A DNA stretch of 64,000 bases, taken from positions 1 to 64,000 of the forward strand of contig CBFIAK010000002.1 of the NCBI GenBank assembly GCA_965660445.1. The letters are read 5' to 3'. The stretch comes from Patescibacteria group bacterium (GTDB taxonomy: Bacteria > Patescibacteriota > Gracilibacteria > UBA4473). A program made the position numbers and the translations under genes. Numbering within the stretch: position 1 is the first letter of the stretch; each line of letters begins with the position of its first letter. Below are positions 8,180 through 16,302 of this stretch, in pieces. The notes below the pieces were generated by a model that worked only from the letters and a program-made list of their open reading frames with translations, ran no database searches and was not told where the DNA came from.

Positions 8180-10153
8180 ATGATTTTATTCTCATTCTCG
8201 GTTTCGGAAAATATGCGGTTTTTGTATCAAAATAGCCCAAAGAATGCCCCTAATGCGGTGAGTACTTATCCTGTTATTATTGCACAAACAAAAGAAGATC
8301 TTCTACAACTCGATAAAAGAGTTGCTTTGTATCCTCAATCAGAAGAAGAAAAAGACATAGTATCAAAACCTTCTTCATTAATTTCTCAAAAATCGTCACC
8401 GAGTATAACACAAAAACCAAATTCAACTGTTGTTCTTGCACAACAAAATACAGAATTACTCGATACACTCTATAGTGATGAAAGAGTTGCATTATTTCCT
8501 TTGCAGTCTCCGTCCCCTTGGGATTATTTTCTAAAATCTGGAGTGAATTTAGAAACGAATCGGTTAAATTTTTCAGATGTCAATGTATTGAACCATAACC
8601 GGCTTCCTATTGATGCTTTTGGTGGTGGGCGGAATGAAACAGCACAGTTTTTTCAAATGTTGGCTGATTATGGAGATATGCATGATAAAGCGTTTATTCA
8701 AAACAATTCAAAACAATTAACCTATTATGCCGATCAAATAGATATGACCAGAACATTGCACCAAATGCTCAATCCTGAGTATACAGAAAAATGGGCTTCG
8801 CAATGGAGTGAATATAAAGATTTTATTGCGTTTGCTCAAAACACACTTTTGCCAAAACTTCAGTCGTTTAACCCAGAAACACAAACATTTAAAGAATTCT
8901 TAGATGATGCGGTGTCTGATTTTTCTTCACTTGAAGCGTTTCAAGATGCACCAGATTCTTTGAAAAGTACGCTTGAAAATGGACTGAAATCAGCTTTACT
9001 GAACCAACTTTGGTATGTTAACGATCGGTTTCAGGAAAATTCAACAGCAAAACAAGATCTTCAGTTTCAGTCGCAATTGTATGGGTTTTCATTAATTCAG
9101 TCTCAGTTTCTTCAAAGACCAGCGCAACGATCAGCAATCAATGTGTTTGCACAAAAAACAATGGAAAGTTGGTTGAATTCTGAAAATTCTCTTGTGCATG
9201 TCGAAGGAACCGCCCAATATGATATAGGGAAAAAAGGAAAACTCTCTTTTTCTGGAGCATTAGGGTTAAACCCTTCTGGAAAACTTGGAGGAGACGAAGG
9301 AAACTTTGATCTCTATACAAGAAATGCTCTTTTAGCAACGACCAAGCTTGCCTACACACAACCAATTTTCGAAAAATCCGGTATTGATGCTGATATTAAT
9401 GCAGAACTGAAGTTTGGGGTAATTACTCCATTAGGGGATGCAATGTCTCGCCATACGGGAAATTTTCAATTAGCAGGAAATATTGTGGGGGTGGATAGTG
9501 GAATGTTGACTTTTGGAAACCTTGCCGATACGGAAATGATGGGATACGGGAAAATTGATGCCGTTTTTCGAACGGAAAATAAATCACAAACACTCTTGAT
9601 TGATTGGAACCCTCAAATGTACGTGTTACCATACCAAGTCATTGATACATTCCAAGGGGAGGCTTGGCAACAAGCCAAAGAAATATCAGGTATTCAGTCT
9701 TCTGGAGCCGACCTTGTTCCAGAAATGCTTTTTGGAATAAATCTTCAGTATTCACCAGATTCTATACGAAGAAATAATAAAAATGAACCACAACGAATTG
9801 ATAAAGCTCCGGATTTACTCTTTAAAGGAGGCCTTCTCTTGAATGTAAAACGACCATTCTTAGAGGCTTTATCTGAAAACGATAACGTTGAAATACTTCG
9901 TTCTATTCAAGCGTTAAACCTTGAAGTCGATAAAAAAGTAGCTGATGATGTTCAATTATATCTCAAAACTCAATTCTCTGGAGGTATTGGAGGTGGAGCA
10001 AACGTATTTTTGAATAATTTTAATACTGCGTTTGGAACCAGATGGCAAATGGATAGCAAAGGAAAACTTCTGTTTGATGCCAATGTTGGGCTTACTCAAT
10101 TTGGAGGTCATAAAAACTACAACGCTCAAGTAGGAGTAAAATGGAACTTATAG
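8180..10153 (+). CDS. Orphan protein with N-terminal RFLY motif and C-terminal beta-barrel-like region
   Basis: 657 aa; extended -10 TGTGGTATAAT upstream; C-terminal half has alternating amphipathic strands and ends ...LLFDANVGLTQFGGHKNYNAQVGVKWNL. Confidence 0.7.
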   Translation: MILFSFSVSENMRFLYQNSPKNAPNAVSTYPVIIAQTKEDLLQLDKRVALYPQSEEEKDIVSKPSSLISQKSSPSITQKPNSTVVLAQQNTELLDTLYSDERVALFPLQSPSPWDYFLKSGVNLETNRLNFSDVNVLNHNRLPIDAFGGGRNETAQFFQMLADYGDMHDKAFIQNNSKQLTYYADQIDMTRTLHQMLNPEYTEKWASQWSEYKDFIAFAQNTLLPKLQSFNPETQTFKEFLDDAVSDFSSLEAFQDAPDSLKSTLENGLKSALLNQLWYVNDRFQENSTAKQDLQFQSQLYGFSLIQSQFLQRPAQRSAINVFAQKTMESWLNSENSLVHVEGTAQYDIGKKGKLSFSGALGLNPSGKLGGDEGNFDLYTRNALLATTKLAYTQPIFEKSGIDADINAELKFGVITPLGDAMSRHTGNFQLAGNIVGVDSGMLTFGNLADTEMMGYGKIDAVFRTENKSQTLLIDWNPQMYVLPYQVIDTFQGEAWQQAKEISGIQSSGADLVPEMLFGINLQYSPDSIRRNNKNEPQRIDKAPDLLFKGGLLLNVKRPFLEALSENDNVEILRSIQALNLEVDKKVADDVQLYLKTQFSGGIGGGANVFLNNFNTAFGTRWQMDSKGKLLFDANVGLTQFGGHKNYNAQVGVKWNL

Positions 10154-10164
10154 ACGTTTCGCTT

Positions 10165-10454
10165 TAGAGGAGACAACTTAGAAACCGCCATTCTGCGGTT
10201 TTTTGTTTTCTCCTCTATACGAAAAAGTGCTTACTTTTTCGATACCTCTTTCCAATAAAGAGTTTGAGTGCTTCGAGCCCCACAAGACCCAAAGCGTACT
10301 CACACATATTTTATTTTTGAAATATATTCATTTCAAAATCAAAATCAGTTAAAAATTTGAGTTGGCTCCCTTGGGTGGTGCTGACTCAAATTTTTTCTTC
10401 TTAAAGGGAAAAGATAGGTATTGGAAAGAAAAACCGAATGGTTTGTCTTTCCAA
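10165..10454. other. Intergenic string of stem-loops (candidate structured ncRNA plus terminators)
   Basis: Seven consecutive inverted repeats at 10165-10217, 10220-10241, 10246-10262, 10265-10302, 10315-10338, 10351-10395, 10421-10454. Confidence 0.45.
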
Positions 10455-10464
10455 AAAAGAAGCG

Positions 10465-11688
10465 CTATAGCCCTTCTTGAATTCTCAATAACTGGTTGTA
10501 TTTACACACTCGTTCAGACCGAGAAAGAGACCCTGTTTTGATTTGTCCGGCGTTTGTTCCCACTGCTAAATCAGCAATAAATGAGTCTTCGGTTTCTCCT
10601 GATCGGTGAGAAATAACGGTACCAAACCCGTGTTTTTTCGCTAAGTGCATGGTCTGAAATGTTTCGGTTAAGCTTCCGATTTGGTTTACTTTAATCAAAA
10701 TAGCGTTGCATAAATGTGTATCAATAGCCACTTGTAACCGTTTTGGGTTCGTGACGAGTAAATCGTCACCAACTAACTGCAACTTACTTCCAAACCGTTC
10801 TTGCATTTTTCCAAACCCAATAAAATCGTCTTCATGATGTGAGTCTTCTAGCGACTCAATAGGATATTTTTTCATCAGATCAGCATAGACATCAATAAGT
10901 TCAGCAGACGATACCACTCGGTTATCAATGTGGTACTGTCCGTTTTCATAAAACTCATTGGCTGCTGCATCCATAGCGAGGCGGACTTTTCCGTCGTACC
11001 CCGTTACATGAATTGCTTCCAAAATAACATCACACGCTTCATGAGAATGAGCTATATGAGGAGCAAAACCACCTTCATCACCCACTCCAACAGCGTGTCC
11101 TTTTGATTTAAGTATCTTTTTTAACGTATGAAAAATTTCAGCACCTGCTTGTAAGTTTTGTCGAAAATCTTCGAAATGAGGAAATACCATGAATTCTTGA
11201 ATGGCAAGTCCCGAATCAGCATGAGCGCCTCCATTTAAAATATTCATCATCGGTCGAGGTATGCTCATACGCCCTCCAAATAAATGATTGATATGTCGGT
11301 ATAGCGGGATGTTTTTTTGTACGCTTGCGAGTCGACACACGGCAAGCGATACCCCTAAAATAGCGTTGGCTCCTAATTGTGATTTATTCGGAGTTCCGTC
11401 TAAATGAATCATTTTTTGATCAATGGCTTCTTGGTTTTGAGGATCAAGCCCCAAAACAGACGGCCCAATAATCGTATTCACGTTTCGAATAGCTTGTAAT
11501 ACTCCTTTTCCGTTATATCTATCGAGGTCTTTGTCTCTGAGTTCTAATGCTTCGTGAGCGCCTGTTGATGCCCCTGAGGGGACGCATGCACGTGCGACAT
11601 GTTGTCCATCAGAAACTTCTACTTCAATGGTTGGGTTTCCTCGTGAATCAAGAATTTCTCGTGCGAAAACAGATTTAAGTGGCTTCAT
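10465..11688 (-). CDS. eno: Enolase (phosphopyruvate hydratase)
   Basis: AREILDSRGNPTIEV, VPSGASTG, GDEGGFAP, ILIKVNQIGSLTET, SHRSGETED, QIKTGSLSRSER. Confidence 0.99.
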   Translation of the reverse strand: MKPLKSVFAREILDSRGNPTIEVEVSDGQHVARACVPSGASTGAHEALELRDKDLDRYNGKGVLQAIRNVNTIIGPSVLGLDPQNQEAIDQKMIHLDGTPNKSQLGANAILGVSLAVCRLASVQKNIPLYRHINHLFGGRMSIPRPMMNILNGGAHADSGLAIQEFMVFPHFEDFRQNLQAGAEIFHTLKKILKSKGHAVGVGDEGGFAPHIAHSHEACDVILEAIHVTGYDGKVRLAMDAAANEFYENGQYHIDNRVVSSAELIDVYADLMKKYPIESLEDSHHEDDFIGFGKMQERFGSKLQLVGDDLLVTNPKRLQVAIDTHLCNAILIKVNQIGSLTETFQTMHLAKKHGFGTVISHRSGETEDSFIADLAVGTNAGQIKTGSLSRSERVCKYNQLLRIQEGL

Positions 11689-11868
11689 GGTTGTGTAAAA
11701 AAAATCAGTTTTATTGTAAGGAATTATTCAAAAGAAGTGTAGAGAATGCGTATTGTTTTGGTCTTTAAAATATGGTATAGTTTATGAGTAAAAGAAAACA
11801 TCTTTTCTTTTGTGTGTTTGGTATGAAAATACATTGAATTTCTTTTGGTTTTTCTGCACAATGGATGT

Positions 11869-13422
11869 GTGAAAAAGTTTTTTCTTATCGGGTTTATCTG
11901 TGTTCATTTGTGTTTTGTGCCATACTTTGTGGTACAGGCAAATCTTCGTGTGAGCGATGCCGTGGAGATTGTGAATGGGAAGGTTGTAAAAACCACAGTA
12001 CTGGCTAATAAAGAAGGCTCTGTTTTTCTTGAGTTTTTAAACGATACTCGTGTATTCGCTCCTGTGGAAGGATCATTTGCGGGATCGGTGTTGCCTCCTG
12101 TTGTCATTGATCGTCCTTATTCACCGCCTCTTCCGTTAATGCAAGATGTTGTTGTGTTTTCGTTTGAATCGAGTATGGACGATATGCCGTTGCAATTTGC
12201 TGATAAAATGCAGTTTGTACGTAATAAAACCGCTTATCGTCTTGAGCATTTCTCTCCTGAGGAATTTGAACGTACAGCACATGTGCGTGTGTTTGTACCA
12301 CTGGATAAAGAAGTAACAAAAGCGTCTTTATGGCAATTTATAGATACCAATGAAACGAGATCGGGGCGTATGCCGTTTTGGGTTCGTATGGGAGGACGCA
12401 TAACTCAAACCGATAAAGACCCTGTTTTCGTAGCGCATATAAAAGAAACAGGTACGTATGCTGTCTTTAATGAGAACCCGAACCCCACAGGAACAGATCC
12501 CGTCAACCCCGATGATATAGAATTAGCAGAATTACCCCCTTATATTGATGAATTCACAGACCCTCAAATGGGACTGAATGAAGCTGGTCTTTTTGATTCA
12601 TCTGATCTGGAACTGTATGAGCAATTGGGCGATGTTCCCCCTTATATTGAGTCTCAAGGTTCTCTTGCACCAACCAATCAAACGCCTCTCAATATTGAAG
12701 GCAATCCTGATGCAATGGTTCCAGGGATGCAAGCGCCTAATATTTTTCAGGCTTCTGCTCCGTTATTGCCTACTCAGACCGTACCCGCTCAAAATGCAAT
12801 GGGGACTCAATCGCAAGACATGATTCCTTCAGTAACATCTCTATCAGATACTCTTCCTTCACAATCTCCTGCGCGAAGTGCTCCTCCATTACCTATCTAT
12901 GCTTCATATGTGCAGTGTGATGCTCCACCACCTCGTCTTGATACTCTTCCAGGGGCACCGAACTGGCAACGTCCAAATTATTTGAATCCTGATGTCAATA
13001 CTCAACCACTGACACAAGACCAAATAAACCAAATTCCAACGTATTGTCGTATCTTTATTCCTCGTGATGTGATGCAGTCTTATCAAGACTCATTACTCGC
13101 TTTGGATCAAAACCAAGAAGTACCACAAAATATTCTTGAAACCCAACAAAATAATGGTTCTTTTGCCATAGATACATTTCAGTCTGAAAATGAAGAAAGA
13201 ATCGAGGACGAAGGAAACACTATTCCCAATGATATGAATCTTTCAGATCTTCAGGCACAAGTGTTTCATTCGCCATTACCAAAAACGGGAAACCAAGGGC
13301 GTCTGGATATTCCGTTTGGAGTCTTGAGTGTGTTGGGGCTTTTGGGAGCGAGTGTGTGGGTAATAGTGCGACAACGAAATCAACGCATAGTGCTTGTTCC
13401 TCGTAATCAAAACCGTCCATAG
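11869..13422 (+). CDS. Secreted surface protein with C-terminal LPXTG sortase anchor
   Basis: Probable GTG start giving signal peptide (M)KKFFLIGFICVHLCFVPYFVVQA; Pro/Gln-rich linker; LPKTG at 13276-13290 followed by hydrophobic IPFGVLSVLGLLGASVWVIV and basic RQRNQR. Confidence 0.75.
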   Translation: MKKFFLIGFICVHLCFVPYFVVQANLRVSDAVEIVNGKVVKTTVLANKEGSVFLEFLNDTRVFAPVEGSFAGSVLPPVVIDRPYSPPLPLMQDVVVFSFESSMDDMPLQFADKMQFVRNKTAYRLEHFSPEEFERTAHVRVFVPLDKEVTKASLWQFIDTNETRSGRMPFWVRMGGRITQTDKDPVFVAHIKETGTYAVFNENPNPTGTDPVNPDDIELAELPPYIDEFTDPQMGLNEAGLFDSSDLELYEQLGDVPPYIESQGSLAPTNQTPLNIEGNPDAMVPGMQAPNIFQASAPLLPTQTVPAQNAMGTQSQDMIPSVTSLSDTLPSQSPARSAPPLPIYASYVQCDAPPPRLDTLPGAPNWQRPNYLNPDVNTQPLTQDQINQIPTYCRIFIPRDVMQSYQDSLLALDQNQEVPQNILETQQNNGSFAIDTFQSENEERIEDEGNTIPNDMNLSDLQAQVFHSPLPKTGNQGRLDIPFGVLSVLGLLGASVWVIVRQRNQRIVLVPRNQNRP

Positions 13423-13432
13423 TTTTTTTTGT

Positions 13433-14473
13433 ATGCCTGATTATGAATTTTTTTCGTTTGATGTACCCCATTCTCAAGAATGGGATCTTTTTGTCGCCCA
13501 GTCTCAACTTGGATCGATTCATCAAACTTCATGGTGGGCGAATTTTCAGAAAAAAATACCCGGACGTGACTTTGTTCGTGGATACGGTGTTCGTCATTCA
13601 AAAACCAAACAAATACTGTCGACTACTTTTTGTGTTCAAATGAAGGTGGGAGTTGGTGATTTTTTTTGGTGGTATTCTCCTCGTGGACCTGTATTTGATA
13701 TGGATCATTGTGAAGCAGCGTGTGCCTTATTGCAGTTTGTAAAGAAAGAGTTACAAAAAAGTCGAGGTATATTTTGGCGACTTGATCCATTGGTACCCAT
13801 CTCTCAAACCTTTTCGTATCCATTTTTAACCTGTGCAGCGACACAAAACTATCAACCCACCGATACACTTCATATAGATCTCACGCAATCATCAGATGTA
13901 ATTCTTTCGCAAATGAAACGAAAAGGGCGCTATAATATACAACTGGCTCGTAAACATGGCGTTACGATACAGTCTTTATCAGCTTCAGATATAACCGATC
14001 AAGATATCGATGATTTTTGGAAACTGAATCAAGACACAACACAGCGTGACTCTTTTTCAGGACACGAAAAATCGTATTATCGTCATTTTTTGTCGTCTCT
14101 TCCTGATATTGCCGTCCTATTTTTCGCGGTTGCACCAGATGGAACGCGTATAGCCACCGCTATTTCTACTTTTTATGCTCATCATGCAATTTATTATTTT
14201 GGAGCCTCAACATCTGATCCACACTTTCGAAAATATATGGCGCCTTATTTGCTTCAATGGGAGATGATGCAGTATGCGAAAGACAAAGGCTTTCGGGATT
14301 ACGATTTTTTAGGTATTGCACCAGAAAATAAACAAAACCACCCATATGCAGGTATTTCAGAGTTTAAATGGAAATTCGGGGGAACTCGAAAAACCTATCA
14401 TGCGGGGCGTGAAGTGCCTTTGCGATGGTTTTGGTATGGTGTGTATCGAGTTTTAAAATTTTTTCGTTCATAA
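13433..14473 (+). CDS. femX: FemAB/FemX-family peptidoglycan cross-bridge aminoacyltransferase
   Basis: SIHQTSWWANF, YSPRGPV, MKRKGRYNIQLARKHGV, YYFGAS, APYLLQWEMMQYAK, YDFLGI, GISEFKWKFGG; likely ATG at 13433. Confidence 0.9.
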   Translation: MPDYEFFSFDVPHSQEWDLFVAQSQLGSIHQTSWWANFQKKIPGRDFVRGYGVRHSKTKQILSTTFCVQMKVGVGDFFWWYSPRGPVFDMDHCEAACALLQFVKKELQKSRGIFWRLDPLVPISQTFSYPFLTCAATQNYQPTDTLHIDLTQSSDVILSQMKRKGRYNIQLARKHGVTIQSLSASDITDQDIDDFWKLNQDTTQRDSFSGHEKSYYRHFLSSLPDIAVLFFAVAPDGTRIATAISTFYAHHAIYYFGASTSDPHFRKYMAPYLLQWEMMQYAKDKGFRDYDFLGIAPENKQNHPYAGISEFKWKFGGTRKTYHAGREVPLRWFWYGVYRVLKFFRS

Positions 14474-14486
14474 TTATTTTTTTCTC

Positions 14487-15347
14487 ATGATTAAGCGACT
14501 AACAAAAGCCATTATTCCTGTTGCAGGGTTCGGGACTCGTATGCTTCCTGCTACAAAAACTATCCCGAAAGAAATGCTTCCGGTGTTTGATACTCCCGTT
14601 ATCGATTGGATTATCCGTGAAGTAGTGCAAGCTGGTATTCAGGATATTATTTTAGTGACTAGTAGTAACAAAAAATCAATCGAAGACTATTTTGATGTTC
14701 ATTTCGAGCTTGAAACAAAACTCAAATCGAGATCCAAAACAAAATTGTTGCGTCGTATTGAAGATTTACATAATTTAGCTCGTATTATGTATGTTCGCCA
14801 AACAGAACCTCTTGGAGGAGGGCATGCTATACTGTGTGCTCATCGATTCTTAGCTCCTGACGAATCAGCAATTGTTCTTTTTGGAGACGATATTGTGATG
14901 AACGAGGGCGGAAAAAACGCGGTAGAACAAATGCTTGATATGTATATGAAAGATGGAAACCCTGTGGTACTTTTACAAGATGTTGCAAAAGAAGATGTGT
15001 CAAAATACGGTATCGTACAACAATCAAAAAATGGTCTTATCACTGATATTGTTGAAAAACCATCGATTGAAACAGCGCCGTCTTCTTTAGCCGTTGTGGG
15101 AAAATATATTTTAACGCCTAGAATGTTTGAGTTTTTATACAAAACAAAATCTGGACTGGGCGGAGAAATAGGGCTCACCGATGCTTTTTATGATTATATT
15201 CGTGCAGGAGAATCTTTGCGTGGATGTGTCCTTGAAGGAAAACGGTTTGATACAGGGGACCCTATTGGATACGCGGAAGCCTTTTTGTATGCCGCTTTAC
15301 TTCAGTATCCAGATGAGATAAAAAAACGGTTTCGGTCTTATTTGTAA
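14487..15347 (+). CDS. galU: UTP-glucose-1-phosphate uridylyltransferase (copy 1)
   Basis: KAIIPVAGFGTRMLPATKTIPKEMLP, VRQTEPLGGGHAIL, GEIGLTDA, RFDTG. Confidence 0.93.
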   Translation: MIKRLTKAIIPVAGFGTRMLPATKTIPKEMLPVFDTPVIDWIIREVVQAGIQDIILVTSSNKKSIEDYFDVHFELETKLKSRSKTKLLRRIEDLHNLARIMYVRQTEPLGGGHAILCAHRFLAPDESAIVLFGDDIVMNEGGKNAVEQMLDMYMKDGNPVVLLQDVAKEDVSKYGIVQQSKNGLITDIVEKPSIETAPSSLAVVGKYILTPRMFEFLYKTKSGLGGEIGLTDAFYDYIRAGESLRGCVLEGKRFDTGDPIGYAEAFLYAALLQYPDEIKKRFRSYL

Positions 15348-15427
15348 AGCGAAATTTCGTTCGTTCTCTTTTTTTCCTGAGAATGTTTTGTATACTGAAA
15401 CAGATTCTATTCTAACGATTTATTTCT

Positions 15428-16297
15428 ATGAAGAAAATTCGAAAAGCTATTCTTCCTGTTGCTGGGTTTGGAACTCGGTTTTTACCTGCTACAAAAGCAC
15501 AACCAAAAGAAATGCTCTCGGTGTTTGATACGCCGGCTATTGAATTTGTTGTTCGAGAAGCTGTTGATTGTGGTGTTCGTGATATTATTCTCATTACTGG
15601 AAAAGATAAACGATCACTCGAAGATCATTTTGATACTCACTTTGAGTTGGAATATAAACTCGAACAGGCTGGGAAAATTAAACAGCTTGAAATGGTTCGT
15701 CGTATCTCACAACTCGCTAATTTTGTGTATGTGAGACAACCCAAACCATTAGGAGACGGACATGCTATTTTGTGTGCCAAAGACTTAATTGGTGAAGATG
15801 AAACAGTAGCAGTTCTTTTTGGGGATGATTTAGTTGATAACCCTGGAGGTCCAAATGCGTTACAACAACTCTTTGATGTGTATGAAAAAACAGGTGATCC
15901 AGTTGTTTTACTCGAAAGTGGAATTAAGTCGCAAGATATGCATAAATATGGAATGGTGCAAATGGATCAAGAAAATATTATTCGGCGAATTGTCGAAAAA
16001 CCAGAAAACCCAAAAGATGCTCCTTCTGATTGTGGTGTTGTAGGAAAATTTGTGGTTACTCCTGATATTTTAAACCGATTAAGAGATGCAGAATCAAGTC
16101 ATACCGATGGCGAAATTCGTCTTACAGATGCATTTATATCACATATTCATGCTGGAAAAAACGTGAGAGGAAAAGTGCTTCAAGGGCGACGGTTTGATAC
16201 AGGAGACAAAATTGGGTTTCTAGAAGCCACGCTTCATTACGCACTTAAAAAAGATCCAGAAGCGGTTCGCAATGTGATTAAAAAGTTTGCGGAGTAG
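15428..16297 (+). CDS. galU: UTP-glucose-1-phosphate uridylyltransferase (copy 2)
   Basis: KAILPVAGFGTRFLPATKAQPKEML, VRQPKPLGDGHAIL, GEIRLTDA, RFDTGDKIGFL. Confidence 0.95.
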   Translation: MKKIRKAILPVAGFGTRFLPATKAQPKEMLSVFDTPAIEFVVREAVDCGVRDIILITGKDKRSLEDHFDTHFELEYKLEQAGKIKQLEMVRRISQLANFVYVRQPKPLGDGHAILCAKDLIGEDETVAVLFGDDLVDNPGGPNALQQLFDVYEKTGDPVVLLESGIKSQDMHKYGMVQMDQENIIRRIVEKPENPKDAPSDCGVVGKFVVTPDILNRLRDAESSHTDGEIRLTDAFISHIHAGKNVRGKVLQGRRFDTGDKIGFLEATLHYALKKDPEAVRNVIKKFAE

Positions 16298-16302
16298 ATC
16301 TT

